Positions 48,481 to 62,527 of a stretch of DNA of 64,000 nt are shown here, in pieces; position 1 is the stretch's first letter; every line of letters starts with the position of its first letter. Made by a program: the position numbers and the translations under genes. Source of the DNA: Amphiscolops sp. MND2022 (taxonomy: Eukaryota); contig OZ076413.1 of NCBI GenBank assembly GCA_964187785.1, positions 48,114,001 to 48,178,000 on the forward strand, read 5' to 3'. Below the pieces are notes generated by a model. The model had not been told where the DNA came from, did not search any database, and saw only the letters and a list, made by a program, of their open reading frames with translations.

Positions 48481-48992
48481 ATACATTTTGAGGTCTTCAG
48501 TGTTTACTTCAAGTCTTTCTGATTTTCCATGTAACTCATTACTCATCCAATGAATCAAAACAGGTTTCACTTGGAAATAAGGTTGGTTCTCAGGGTATAA
48601 ACTTGAACGTCCTACTAAAATGTTTTTTTTTCGTCCGTTTCCCGTCTATTAACTTTACTTATTCCAGTTGTAACTTTATATCTCCAATAAAAATAAACAA
48701 TTCCATTCTTTTACATTCCAAGTGGAGAACTTTTCGGGGTGAAAAAGATTTTTCATTGATTTCAAAAAATCCAATAGTGTGAATTTTTCCGAAAATTTTT
48801 GTTCGAAGTTTGGCACTGTGCCAAAATGACCCAACTGTTGGACGATACTTCAAGCACGAAAAACGCCGTGTGTGGACTGTAAACATCAAAAACTGCAGCA
48901 GCGAACCTCTAATGACAAAAAATTCGCACACAGCCTGAAAACCCATACGTCTTTTCCATATATTTTGAAATAAACTCTCATTAGTCCCACAG

Positions 48993-49221
48993 GACTAAAA
49001 ATGGCCGAAAAGTCACTCATAAGACTCGGAAAACGGCGTATCTGAACAGAAACCTCAAAAAATGCGATAATTTTTCAAAGTTTCATCGGGAATTCGCATG
49101 CCGAAACTTTCGGCATGCGAATTCCCGATGAAACTTTGAAAAATTATCGCATTTTTTGAGGTTTCTGTTCAGATACACCGTTTTCCGAGTCTTACGAGTG
49201 ACTTTTTGGTCATTTTTAGTC
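48993..49221. repeat. 229-bp palindrome (1-nt loop, ~4 mismatches)
   Basis: Arms mirror about C49107 (gcatgccgaaa-c-tttcggcatgc). Confidence 0.95.
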
Positions 49222-50855
49222 ATTTTTTGGCCATTCGAAATACCTTAGGGGGCTCTCTTTGATGCCAAAGCGCTTTGTTCCTGCTAATAATCAGAAGAGG
49301 CCCTTAGGTTTAAAAAAATTAAAGAATCGAATAATGCTCATGAATAATCATCCCAAACATGCAAAAGTTCAACAAAAGAAATAGCCTTTCAGCACGGAAA
49401 TTCAGTTCTCGAGTTGTGACACTGCTTATTATATGGATTTCATGTGATTTTGTGTGCTGGATATTTTAGAATGAATTCTACCTTCACCAAGATGCCTGAA
49501 ATTTTTGTCGTATTTCTTGATTTGTCATTTACCCTTATTCGAAAGGCTAGATTGACGGTGCTTCTGGGAAGTGAAATGCTTGTAACATGTTTGGAGTGAG
49601 AGTGGGCGTGTCGCCGGATAAGGCTTGTTACGTGTATGAAATCCTGTTTGCTCAGGTTTTTCCTACCGTTCGAAACAAAAAACGGTGTAGGATTACACTT
49701 TAATTTCGATTAAGAAGTCTAAAGGATATCCACTTCGTCACAAACACGCCCAGGCAGAGAAAGAAAAGAAGAAGACCACCACTTAATTTCAGCATTGAAA
49801 TACTTAAGCGACATTTCATTCAAAGACTCGGTAAACTACAACTACCGAGGAAATGAAACACGTGTACTAAACGATCAAAAATTGCACATTGTTAACACTT
49901 TTTGAGACTTCTTGTTCCTTTTTGATCATTGTTTGAGAAACAAATAATTTTTTCGTTGTTCAACAATGTGGATTTTTATACGAACGGAACAATTCCATAA
50001 CTATCAGAAATCTATAAACGGTTCATGGTAGAAAAGTTTCAATTTTCCGGCTCTTCGTGGGACATTTTCCGATACTTTTCCCACTGGTATGTTTTTCAAA
50101 AATGAGAGCATTTTCCCACATACGTACGTTATGAGTCTACTGTTTACATGATTAAACTGTGTTAACATCTCGAGCTTCTGAGACTAAAATATGAGAAGTC
50201 TTGTGAGAAACGTAGCTGGAAAATTTTTCTATGAATTGGTCGAGACAAAGCTTCATTTACTGGAAGATGACTCAACGAATCAATCCACATTTTATTGGCT
50301 GAAAACGTAGAATTCTCCTTCGTAAATGAGAGACTTTTCTCCTTTATAGAAGCATCAAACGTGATCCAAGAAACTCGGAAACTAGTTGAGCACTGCGATA
50401 TTTCCAGTCATGAACTTCTCAGCAACAGCACATTGTTCAGGCTCAAATGTAATCAAAAAAGCTTATGCCAAGGATAGGTTAAACAAGCCGGAAACGACCC
50501 AAGTTAGCACCGCTCTAAGGGCTCAAAAGATCAGGTTGTTTTGAATATGCTCAAGGATATTGAAAAAAACTCATCAAGATCAAAAGATACAAAATTCCCC
50601 TTTTGAGACTTGAATAACGCTTTTCTCTAAAACTGCAAACATCAAAAAACCTATTTTCGTAAAAAACACATGTTCCAACGTTTTTTCACACGGCGTGTCC
50701 AACATCCCAAAAATGGGACCTTTATGGTTTCTAACTAAAAACATCGAACAAATACAAAAGTTGTGAAATAATTTTATTCAAAAAAGACTTTGATAAAGTT
50801 GCTCAAACACGGGAAAACTTTTCACCTACTTCAGTTTTGCAAACGTGAAAAAAAG

Positions 50856-50948
50856 TGGTCCAGCGCAAGGTTCGAATCCATGTTCACCTAAGTTGTAGTC
50901 TCACTCATGACGAGAGGAAACTGCCTTAACCTCTAGGCCGAGCAGGCC
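50856..50948 (-). pseudogene. tRNA-derived pseudogene / SINE head
   Basis: Minus strand GGCCTGCTCGGCCTAGAGGTTAAGGC...GGATTCGAACCTTGCGCTGGACCA followed by T7. A-box-like and B-box-like motifs are present but the cloverleaf is imperfect. Confidence 0.55.
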
Positions 50949-51460
50949 GTCAATAGTCGCCTGACGTCGAATGAAAAAGCTACAGATTTCCTTCCGAATC
51001 TCTTTGTTCACATCTCTTCAAAGAAGCCGCGACTATTTACATCTTCTGACAAAAACGCCGACTGATAAGGGACAATGTGGACTGTTTCCAACTCTAGTTA
51101 TTTTTTCTCTTTATATATTTTGTATTTTCTTGAAATATATCTTGCCAGCCAATTACGACATATTTTTGAGGCTTGGGAATAACCAAAATCGCACGCTTAC
51201 AGTAATGCACAAAACTTTGTTTCGGACCATCTTTTCCAATATACTTGATGTTTCTTGATTTAAAAACTATTCTGTATAGTTTACTAGTTCTTGGATGAAA
51301 TCTGTGGACATTCATGTCTGCAACAATTTTCAAAACTTTCAAAAATGTAAAACAAATGACACTCTTTTTAACTTTAGGGAATTTTTAGCTCATTCCCAAA
51401 AGAAATCATTCGAGGCATTTCAAAAAGTTGACATCTTCCGTGCAAACGTATAAAATGCTT

Positions 51461-52581
51461 AGGGCGACAACTCACACCAAGCGGCAACTCATGCCGAGTG
51501 ACAGCTAATATCAAACGACAACTCATATCATATTTTGATATTGGGAACCCATAACAGGTGCTATTTGGTGCTAATTTGCTATCAAATAACCCATGGCTCG
51601 AAGAGTGTCTCAATTAATTTGATAACACATTACTATTTTAACACTACTTTTAACACTATTACTTCAAAAGAACTTCGAATTTAGTAATTGGTTTCAAACC
51701 GGGAAGATGTTGCGGAAATTTTAACTACGCAAACAAGTATGAATTTGGTCAGCCGTATTGTACACTCTGTGCCATTTTTCTGGAGCCATTTCAATTTCAC
51801 TTTTTTAAAATGTATATTGAACTATTGAACTAAATGTCTATGTATTGAAAATGCCACTGAACGCGGAACTACGAAACTGGAACTCGACGATTTCTATTAC
51901 AACTAATACAGAGTCAACAAAAATGGAGTGACTTTTCTATATAAATTATCACGATTTTGCAACTGGCGACATTTACAAGGTGAATGACGAAATCAAAGAA
52001 AAAGCGAAAACTTTGGTGGCTCTTGTCTTGATCTCATCTGAGGATGTGCGTCTCGCTTTTTGTAAATCTCTGGAAACATTCAGCGCCGATACCCTTTGAG
52101 GCCCTCTCTCGGGTAATATGGAAACACTCTGGGAGGTTGAGACGACGAATGAGTTGCCGTTATGAAACCAGCATGAGAAAGCTTTGACTGGGCCCCAGAA
52201 AACAAATAACTCCGCAAAAGGCAGGCACAGAGCATAAAAATCTGGAATCAGTTTGCTCATCCCACATTGCGCGATTTTCTGTTTTCTCAGGAAGGAACAA
52301 AATCGAATAGATGTGAAAATTGCTAGTATACAAGCTGGAGAACAGCCGCGCAGAGACGCAAAGTATGTTAACCAACGAGCGTCTCTAAACCATCGTGGAC
52401 AGTTATCAGAACAACTGCGTTTTCGCAATACTAGAAGGTTTAGCGGACAACTTTAAAATTCAAACTGTCTTTGTTCCAATCATATACCTAATTAAATAAT
52501 GTTTCTGTTTAATTTTTGTATTGATATGAGTTGTCGGTTTTTCACAATTGATATGAGTTGTCGCTTGATTTGAGCTGTCCC
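51461..52581 (+). mobile_element. Internally deleted Mutator-like (MULE) element
   Basis: Degenerate TIRs built from cgacaactcatatca / tgatatgagttgtcg repeats, with aggg...ccct ends. Internal remnant PQKTNNSAKGRHRA*KSGI / FLRKEQNRIDVKI resembles the MULE transposase C-terminus (RTNNxxEGWH...KEQ). Confidence 0.65.
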
Positions 52582-53179
52582 TGTGCCTTTGATTTGAACA
52601 TACCTTCAAATCGTTAAATTTTGCGGAAAAACTATGTTTTGACTGTAAATTTGGACAGGTACAAAACTATTTTGCCATATAAATCTTCGACTCTAAAAAT
52701 CACCGACTTATATAAGCTTAGGCATATATTGTTCTACAGGTTATACAGTTTGGAACATTGTAGAACATGTCCTCGTAAAAACATGGTATTCATGGTGGGT
52801 GAAGCGCATTTTATTTAAAAACTTTCAATTTTTCAGTTTCTGTTTTAATTTTTGTTTTAATTTTTGTATTGATATGAGTTGTCGGTTTTTCACAATTGAT
52901 ATGAGTTGTCGCTTGATTTGAGCTGTCCCTGTGCCTTTGATTTGAACATACCTTCAAATCGTTAAATTTTGCGGAAAACCTATGTTTTGACTGTAAATTT
53001 GGACAGGTACAAAACTATTTTGCGATATAAATCTTCGACTCTAAAAATCACCGACTTATATAAGCTTAGGCATTTATTGTTCTACAGGTTATGCAGTTTG
53101 GAACATTGTAAAACATGTCCTCGTAAAAACATGGTATTCATGGTGGGTGAAGCGCATTTTATTTAAAAACTTTCAATTT
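52508..53179 (+). repeat. 348-bp direct tandem duplication including the MULE right end
   Basis: Near-identical copies offset by 348 bp (ORFs 52621 and 52969). Confidence 0.92.
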
Positions 53180-53656
53180 TCTTTACCCCTTCGGAGCTTT
53201 AGAAATCCAACTCTTTTTTCTCTCTCTCGCCATGATATTCTTATTATTGCTCACATATTGCTACTATTGCTCACGAATTTTGAGAATGTATGAACAAAGC
53301 AGAGGCGTCTCTCTCCGAAACCTACTTCAATGAAATCTGTGACGTTGTAGTGAAACGTTTTGTTGTTGAAATGTACAACATGTTATTCAACTATGATATT
53401 TCAAATTCAAATGATTAGGCCAAACTATCCAGAAAACTTGAATTATTGAAGAAACAATAAATTTTTAATTTATCAATGTAGATTTCTCAGATAGATTTCA
53501 TTTTTAAATTTGAGATGAACAAATTTGGAAAACAGGAATTAACCATTAGTGTAGTAAAACATGACAAAGTTGTTTTCAGTCCTAATGTAAGAACTTTCGT
53601 CAAAGTTTTATGTCCTCTTTTTTGCGACCAATTGAATTGAACAAAGTTGACAGTTT

Positions 53657-56389
53657 TCAGACTGTTGTGACCGAAAGGAGAGGATTTGCACTCAAGTTTG
53701 ACCCGTGAGTCATGATTTCCTGGATGGTGATGAAAGTGTCAAGAAACTTATCCCGAGTCGACAGAGCGGCAGCTTTTCCCACCATTTGTTTTTTCTGAGC
53801 CAAATTCAAGCCCAGATTTTCATCCATGACCTGCATGCGTGCATTTTCCATCACCTGCTTCCGGTGTTTCTTCTCCATGCTGACAATGTACTGACGAGTT
53901 CTTTCCTCACGTGACCAATATTTGCCAGTTTTCATTTCACTCACTGCTTCGTCGTCAGTCGTGAAGCAAGTGGCAGCTCGCTCTTTGTTCATTTTCTCGG
54001 TGCGATCTCGGAGAATTTTTGCCTTTTGTTTTTTCTCACCCATTGGGGCATTAACCTTTGTGATATACCTTGACCCATCGGGTCTTATCTTGACCTTCCA
54101 TTCTGAAGAAAGATTCTGGTTGTTCAAGTTGCCTTGCTGTTCGTGGAGTTTCACTAATTGAAGATAACTTCTGTATTGCTTCGCATGGGCAGGAATTGAG
54201 AGCAGGCTTTCGTTTCGTCTCATTTTGCTTCTTTCTGAGAAACGTTTGTTGAATTCTGCAAATGTTCGCGAAGATGGTGAAGATGTCATTTTACTTTCGC
54301 CACTCACTTTTCGGCTTGGAACCTTCTTGCAAGCTGGATTATTTTGAACACCTGTCGAAGTGATTTCGTTTGAGCCATGACCTGTCCGGCTGCTGGTCAT
54401 TTTTGGTTGCTTGTAGGGCTTCACGGACTGACCTCTGTCTTTCTTAGGTCCTCCAGGTGATAAAAGCTCATCATCCTGAAAGTCTGCAATGTTACTTTTG
54501 TCAACCTTGGCACAGCTGAAGGACTGGCTGCGATCCATGTTTGGTTTTTTGGGAGGTTTGCCCAGCACTTTGGATGCTGAATGCAGGTTCTGATACAGAT
54601 CCGAGGTATTCACGGTTACCATATTCGGTCTCGGCAACGGAGGCGGTGAAGGTACTTTAATTTCTTGGGCTTCTTCATCGTCAGGTAGTATGTGATCTAC
54701 GTTCTCGTAAACATTTTCATCGTCTTCTTCGTCTGAAAACAAGAACTCGTCCCGTACAATAACACTCAGGTCGCTGCTTATGCTCTGTTCCTCGAAGTTG
54801 TCTGGGTTCCTCAGTTTCTGCACGGTACCTGTGCACCCGGCACGAAATAAACTCTGGGAAAAACTGACACTACCACTGGGCTTGCAAGACTCTACAGACT
54901 CTTTAACATTAGGGTAGTCGTTGCTTTCGGACAACACGCTGCTTTCTGCGGTGTAGAACCCAAAGTCAAAAGGGTCAGCGGCTGATCGTGTTCGATCGTG
55001 TTCACCAGTTTCAGAATGAGAGTCGTTCCGAGTGGATGAGTCACAGTCTAGACCACTGTCTTTATCCATGTAGCAAGACACAGTCTCGGCAGCTGTTTCT
55101 TCCTCCTAAAAATTATTTCATATACTTACCTAATAATTCTATTTCGAGAATAATTTTTGAGCATCTGCTTTTTTCGAGCGTGCAAAGGTCAAAAAGCTAG
55201 TTTTAAACTTACCTTTCGTGCCGTAAAAGCTTATCAGTATCTAATAAATCGTGTTAAACGAGCTTTTAGTACTGAGGGGAAAATGATCCAACAAGATTTC
55301 CCAGTATTCTCCTTATTTCTACATTCCTGCGAATAGCTCACTGAAACTCTCTTGGACAACATTTCGATGAGATTTTTAAAGCACAACTTTGCCAAACTGG
55401 TGGTTCAATTTCAGCGAGAACAAAAAACGTTTCTTAGAGACCAGACAAACTGAAATTTTGAAAAACTTTTACAGACTTTCCAACAAGCATTAACCTCTCG
55501 AATGGCTTCAGAAGGCGATTCAGTGTTGGGACTACCCCCGTTGTTTTCATGGGGCTCGTCGTATATGTTTTCGGGGTACTCTTCATTCAGGGGACCTCTC
55601 TGCTTCTTGCTCTTATCATGGGCAGTGGAGGGGGCTCTGGACAGGTTGTTTTCCACAGCCGAAGAGTAGTGTGACTCTTGTTCGTTGCACTCGTCCTCAG
55701 TCTCCAGAAGCGAAGCTGTCAAGTCATCCAATGCTTGCTCTTCCACTTCACACAAATCGAAGATGTTGGGTTTCGGCTATAGAAGAACAACCAGTGAAAA
55801 TAACTAGCACTTCGATGAATTTTGGGAAAGGGAGAAAATCAGTTTCTACTTTATTGTTCAAATTTCAATTATAATATTATTTCAAGTAATATAATCGAAA
55901 TACAATACTGAAAACTTCATCAGAGATGAACAGATGGGAGTGTATATCAAGACGTATTGTCTCAAAGTTTTGGTCTATTTGAATTCTGAACAATTATTCC
56001 ATCATTTTTCGCGCACTACTTCCATGGAAGCGTTGTTTAATGTGAGTATCTAAAAAAGATTATATTTTGTTGCAGAACTTTGTGACTTATGGATGTTTTC
56101 AGGAACTCTTCGCGCGTTTTCTACAAACACCCGATTGATTAACCGTGAATTCTTGTTAATAATTAGGTTTTTCGATGCAAAATAGTGTGAACAAAGATGG
56201 TTTTGAGTGTATTTGTGGGTGGGCACTAACATTGAACAAGGGTCTGGATATGAGGAGAGTGACAGGCGAGTCCTTGTCGAGCAGTTTGGTGACGTCACAG
56301 GATTGAGAGACGGGGACCCCGTTGATCTGCACCACCTGGTCCCCAACAGACACACGTCCATCGAGAGCTGCCACTGAATCCTCTTCCAC
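53657..56389 (-). CDS. PDZRN3: PDZRN3/PDZRN4 (LNX3/4 family)-like PDZ protein, 3' exons 56389-56231, 55776-55495, 55105-53657
   Basis: PDZ half VEEDSVAALDGRVSVGDQVVQING; DKDSG; EWKVKIRPDGSRYIT; TTDDEAVSEMKTGKYWSREER; IQEIMTHG..NPLLSVTTV*. GT-AG phase-0 introns join in frame. Upstream exons were not identified. Confidence 0.9.
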
Positions 56390-57457
56390 CTGCACAAAGT
56401 ATACCAAAACATAAGACAATAATTAAACACAACTAAATTTATTTTCACGTATTTAGCCCAAAATACAACTGCGGCCTTCGCAAATGATTAAAATCTCTCA
56501 AAGTTTTTATAACAGTTTTGTGTAAAATAGATATGCTTTCAAGAACTTCGATCATTAAGCGTTTAGTGGAATCCACTGCAAGATTCGCATGTTTAGGGCG
56601 TTTGGTTGTGGAATCCAATGCACGCAGCAAAATCCGCTGAAAGGAAACCTGCCAAAAGGTGGAATCGACTGCGACGTAATAGCATTTGTCAGTGATTATA
56701 CTATTGTGTTGCAGGTGATCTATTGATTAAATATATTGACAATAAATGAATCAAATACATCTATTTTTTGATTTGCAATATATTTATTATTTGTTCCTAT
56801 GTATTTGTGTTTTAGTTCAAGATAATTCATTATTCTATAAAAGGTTGGCGAGCATTCTCACAAATATTTGATTGGAGATATTAGAAGCGTACAAAAATTA
56901 ATTCATGAAGTGTCACCTACTAAGATTGGTATTTTTGATGGATGGATACGGCTAATTGGAGACTACCAAAAAGAACTCAACTTGATCATTTTGAAATGTT
57001 GTTTTGCTTGTTATTTTCCGCCCATATTCTATATGGAAAGGGGAAAACTACAAGCGCAGCCGCATTTTTGCCAAAATTTGTCATGTTCCAAATTTATACA
57101 TATTAAAGAGTTTTGTCAACAGAATTAAACTACATTGAACTTAGATCCTTGGGAAAACTATGTATCGAGATTTCTGGACATTTTGGGTATGACAAAAATT
57201 ACCCCAAAAAAGTCAAAAACTTCAAAAACTTTTAAAGTATCTTCTATGTGATTTTTGTGAAATTTCCGATAAATTTTGTATGTTAGAAGGCTCAACAAGC
57301 TTAACGACGAAAATGGTATGAAATACGGTTTTTGAATGAAAATTGCAGTTTTTTGCTCCAAAAGCAACTCAAAAAGAATCCAAATTAGTCGAAAAATTGT
57401 AAAATTCAAATTTTAAAAATAAAATTTGTAAAATTTCTGAAAAACCCTGTGGGTCAC

Positions 57458-57663
57458 TGTTGACGTGGAAATCGAATAAGAATGTAAAAGAATGAGAGGA
57501 TGAAGAATGTATTATGTTGAGAATGAATTGAAGTGTTTTTTCATCAACGTGTTTCATCTCAAGGCTCATGTGGCAAGTGATGCTAGCATGAAATTCTAGA
57601 GCTAGACTTTTAACAGGTTGTTAATACATATTTACAGATAACACTTCAGTGACCTCTATCACA
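57458..57663 (-). repeat. 3' LTR
   Basis: tgttgacgtgg...ctctatcaca; about 10 differences from the other LTR. Confidence 0.96.
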
Positions 57664-57779
57664 TTCTCGTTTTTGGGAAGTTTGTACAAACTTCAATCAG
57701 TTTACGTTATGGTGAAGTAAGGTTTATCAATCATGTTTTTGTTTTAATCTTCGGGTTGATTATTCTCTTGAATGAGATC

Positions 57780-60700
57780 GATTCCGTATCTCTTTGTGGG
57801 TATGCGGACTCTTTCTGAAGATCTTTTAGCGGCTTCTGGAGGCTTTTCCTCCCGTTCCCACTTTGCTGTGGCTTTTATGGGGAATGATGCAATTCCGAGG
57901 TTTTGCACAATTTCCGGCTTCTCATCAGGGATGCTCCTTTTTTCTTCTTCCTTGTTTCCGTTTGGCTCTTCTTCTGTGCTGGTACTCGCCGTTAGGTCAA
58001 TAATTGGTGCCTCATCTCTTCCTCGTTTTCGATTTGGACTTCTACTGTGAGCCGGGGTTTTATCTTTTGCTTCTTCTTTTTCTCTATTTTGTTTTCTGTG
58101 CTTTCTGATTCTGAAGTCGAGTCCATTATTGCTCTTTTCTTCTTTTTCTTTTCAGGCTCGTTTGTCTTTTGAAATTTTTCTTTTTGTTCGCTAGTTGCAG
58201 CGGCCAGGTCCCGTTTTGCGTAGGGTTTTGGTTTCTTTGAACCTTCTGGCAAAAGAGTGATGGTGTGCGCAGACTCCTTTATCTTTCTCCCTGTCTTTTT
58301 GTCGAAAGCGCCTTGCAATTTCGTTCCTCTGGCCCTTTCCCTGTTGAGAACTGTTGAATCTAGTTCGTCCTGGAAGTCCGAGTTGTCGAACTGGAGGTCG
58401 GGGTCCTGTTCTGAAACATCCAGAAGTTTTGAGACTAAATTCGATTTTACCGTGTTTGGTTCCCTTCCCCATTGCTTTTCAAACGGTGTGCTACCATCTT
58501 TCTTTTTGCTTATTCGTAGTGCGTACAGAATTTCCGAGAGTCCTGATTGGTCCTTTGTTACTATTATTTGCTTTCTTATCAGTCGCTCAATTTTGCCATT
58601 TGCCCTGTGGTCACGCACCGGACAGATTAAGTGTTCTATTCCAAATTGTCGACAAAATCGGGCGAATTCTTCGCTTACGAACACTGTGCCAGGGTCTGTT
58701 CTTGTTTTCTTTGAGACTCCAAATTGCGCATTATAATGTTTCAAAAATACAATCAACTTTTTCGTGGTTGGGCATCTTAAGAATTTTGCGTCCGGCCACC
58801 CCGAAAAATGATCGATTGACACCAGTAAGTATTTATTTCCTTCTCTCGCATTTTGAAAGGGTCCCGCAAAATCTAACGCTATTTCCTCATTTTGCTGTTT
58901 TGGGTTTGGAAATTTTCCTAGCTCTTTTTGACTTTGAATGCATTTTAAGTTCTTACCTGCTTCTAAGCATTGGTCAAACAGACGGGCTTGATCTATCACC
59001 TCACGGTGAATTCGGGGCCACCAATTATCTCCAACCATAGATAACACCGCATCGCGACCGGGGTGACCGTAATGAAGGGAGCACATTATCATTGCCCGCA
59101 TAGATTGGGGAAAAAGCAAACGGTTATCCATGTATAAAAAGTTTCGATCATCCGTGGAAAACGACTGGAATTTTTCTCGCCAGGGGACGGGAGACGGCTT
59201 ACTGCGGTTTTGTTATAGTTTTTTACTATTGCAATAACGCGCTGTATGGTTTTGTCTGCAAAGTAGTTAGCTGGCAATAGCTTTTCATTAAGCAGTTAAA
59301 TCGCCGAATTTTCGCTCATGCTTGACTTGCTTGAATTAATTGCACAATGAATCTTACTTGATTCCCGCGAATTGCGTTTGTCCTGCTTTCTGACTGGCTC
59401 GCGTGTTTTGGTCTGATTTATGCGGTTTATGCTCATTCTTTCACTCTCGCTTTGTCCGCTCGCTTGCGTCTCGTCTTCTAAAACATCTTTCAAACTAATT
59501 ACACTATTTACAGTAAACCATTCATTCCACAGTGCTTCTGCTTTTAATGATGCTCCCTCTAATTTGGTTGGATGACGCGATAGATAATCTGCCATTCCTA
59601 GTGTTCTCCCGGCTACATGCACTACTTCGAATTCAAAGGGTAGTAATCTATCTACCCATCTGGTTAACCTGCTTGAAAAGGTTTTATTCCCTCTGTTCGG
59701 TTTCAAAACTGACATCAACGCTTTGTGATCTGAAATTACTTTAAACTGTACACCATATACATAGTTTTTAAAATGTTCAACTGCCCATACAATTGCTAAT
59801 AATTCCAATTCATTTATGGAGTACTTTGTTTCGAAGTCTGTTAAAAATCGTGAAGCAAAGCAAATTGGTCTCCATTCATTGTTACTTTGTTTTTGTTGTA
59901 AAACTGCACCTAATCCACTTTTGCTGGCGTCACAAATTATTCTGATTTCTTGGTTCCGTTTGAAGTGTGATAATTCTACTACATTCTTAATTTCTTTATT
60001 ATTTTTGTACAAATGCTTTTGCATTGTTTTCATTCCACTCCCACTCTGCACCTTTCTTTAAAATAGATCTAAAAGGAAAACTAATTGAAGCTAAACTAGG
60101 TATGAATTTAATAAATTGGTTGACTGCGCCCAGAAATTAGCGTAATTGTTTTAAATTGGTCGGTCGTAGTTTTTCACTTATGCCCTGGGATTTTGTATTA
60201 AATGGGGAAATACCAGTTCGCGTTAATTTGAAGCCTAGCCATTCTATGCTGTCTTGAACAATTATGCATTTTCCCGCCTTTAGCTGCAAATTGGCGTCGT
60301 CCAATATTCTCATGACTTTTCTCACCTTATTTACATGCTGTTGCATAGTTCCCTTAGTTACAATTAAAATATCATCTATGTACACAAATACACTATTTAC
60401 ATTGGCTAGCGTCAAGTCCAATAATTTTTGATATTCAGTTGGCATTACTGTAAGTCCATGGTATCCGGTAGTAAGTCGATATGTGCCAGTTGATTTTCCT
60501 CCAACTATCTGAAAGGTACAGTGTCTTTTTGTTAACGCATGTAGTGGGATCTGCCCGTAGGCATAAGTCATATCTACAGACGAATACCAGGCCTCACCCT
60601 CACTTTTTTTCCAATTCTTGCGCAATCATGTCTATCAAATTATCTAGATTTGGCATCTGGTATCTGTCCTTAGCTATTGACGCATTCTGGGCCCGTGCAT

Positions 60701-62265
60701 CCAGCGCTATTTTCACCGATTTATCCTTTTTAACTGTAATGACTGTTGGTTGGATAAATACGTCATCTTGAATTTTGTCTACTTTTTCGATATGGCCGTC
60801 TTTTAACAATTTTTCAATTTCTTTATCTACTTGATCCTGTAGTTGAATAGGATTTCGGCGGCCCTTTTGTTGTGAAATTTTCGCATTATCTTTCATATCG
60901 ATTCTAATTTCGTAATTTTTTACTCGACCTTTTCTTTTGAACAAATCTGGAAATTCCCTCATTCTTCGTTGAACTTCGGAACTGATACTTTCTTCGGGAC
61001 TTATCTCATTTATCGCTTTGGCGTCATCCCCCGCTTTAGTGTTTACTTTACACTCACCTCTTTCTATTGGCTGACTGATTTTGTAGCGTAGAGCAATTAG
61101 CCAATCACGGCCAATTATGGACTTTCCGCTGTTTGGTGCCACTAGCACTCTTGCCTTCGAGACAGTAACACCAGCAACTTCTAAGTATACGAATTGATAG
61201 CCCAATAGATCCAGGGGTTTTTTGTTGTAATCTACGTACCGCTCGTTGTCTATCATATCCCTAATAACCACTTTTCTTTTACCAATGATTTTTGTCAAAT
61301 CTCGTTTTGTAAAAATAGATACCGGGGACCCAGTATCGATGAAAGCTTTAAAATAATTTCCACACATGGTTCCCTCCATATAAGAAAGGCTTGCTTCCTT
61401 TTCCGTCGATTTGGAGAACTAATTGCTCTTCGTTGCTGTCAGATTCCTCCTCTTCGCTTTCTTCATCAATATAGTTTACTCTTCGCATTCCTTGAAAGTT
61501 ACTGCTTCTGGATTTTAGCCTCTGCAGCCTTTCTTTTTGACGTTGGGGAATTTTTTGTTGCTGCATTTTTCCAAATGCCCTACAATTGTGCAGAATTTAC
61601 ATCGGTTGTTTTTTTATGTGTTCCAATTTTTTATGTGCTCTGGGGTTGGATTCCCCACATCTGAAGCATTCCCTCGGGTTAGATGACTTTTCGATTGCAT
61701 ACACAGGCTCGGTTTTCACCGCAATTTTGGGGTTTTCTGTTGTTTGTAGGCCGTACGATTTTTGTCTTTTCACCCCCTCCTCGAACGCAACTGCAAATTC
61801 CAAGGCTTGATCTGGCTCACGGGGTTCGGTGCAAAGTTTCTCCTGTACTTTTTTATTGTTCATGTGTAAGATTAACATATCTAGTGAGAGGGTTTTCGTT
61901 ATCTCCCCGAAATCGCAAAGAGCTGCTAGCCCATTTAGCGTATGCCAAAATTGTTGAAGCGTCTCGCCAGGTTGCTGCATTCTCGAGAAAAATTTATGCC
62001 GATCAAGAGTTCGATTCCTTTTTATCTGGAAACAATCCGTGGCTAGTTGTATTAGTTCTCTCACGTTTAGGTTCCAAAGGGTCTTGTGGGGATAATTGTC
62101 TTCGAATAATTTCCTTGCCGCCTCTCCAAGTGACAAGTACAGTACGCTAACCACTTTTTTGTTGGCAGGGTCTTCGTCCATATCCCCCAATAAAGCTCGT
62201 GCCCTTGGATTCTGCTGATCGGCATCACGGGTCAGCTCAGTGATTGAGATTGAGAATTTGGCCAT
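57780..62265 (-). pseudogene. Gypsy gag-pol (frameshifted)
   Basis: gag (RMQQPGETL, CFRCGE), protease FIDTGS, RT YIDDIL, RNase H CDASKSGLGAVL..YSINELE, integrase HYGHPG, ALDFAGP, TDPGTVF, NGKIER; split over at least six frames. Confidence 0.93.
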
Positions 62266-62321
62266 GACGGTTGTTGACAATGTTAAGGAGGAAGAATTGC
62301 TGCTTTCTGCTCGCAGCGCAA

Positions 62322-62527
62322 TGTTGACGTGGAAGTCGAATAAGAATGTAAAAGAATGAGAGGATGAAGAATGTATTATGTTGAGAATGAATTGAAGTGT
62401 TTTTTCATCAACGCGTTTTCTCTCAAGGCTCATGTGGCAAGTGATGCTAGCATAGAGTTCTAGAGCTAGACTTTCAACAGGTTGTTAATACATATTCACA
62501 GATAACACTTCAGTGACCTCTACCACA
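62322..62527 (-). repeat. 5' LTR
   Basis: tgttgacgtgg...ctctaccaca. Confidence 0.96.

Larger units (their letters stand above)
57458..62527 (-). mobile_element. Ty3/Gypsy LTR retrotransposon (Mag-like), both LTRs present, coding-defective
   Basis: 206-bp TG..CA LTRs and 5-bp TSD GTCAC (57453-57457, 62528-62532). Order is gag-PR-RT-RH-IN. PBS-like TTGCGCTGCGAGCAG follows the 5' LTR; purine-rich AAAAACGAGAA precedes the 3' LTR. Confidence 0.96.

Noticed and set aside
58257..59040. Plus-strand ORFs of 159 and 228 aa
   Set aside because: Antisense shadows of the Gypsy integrase.
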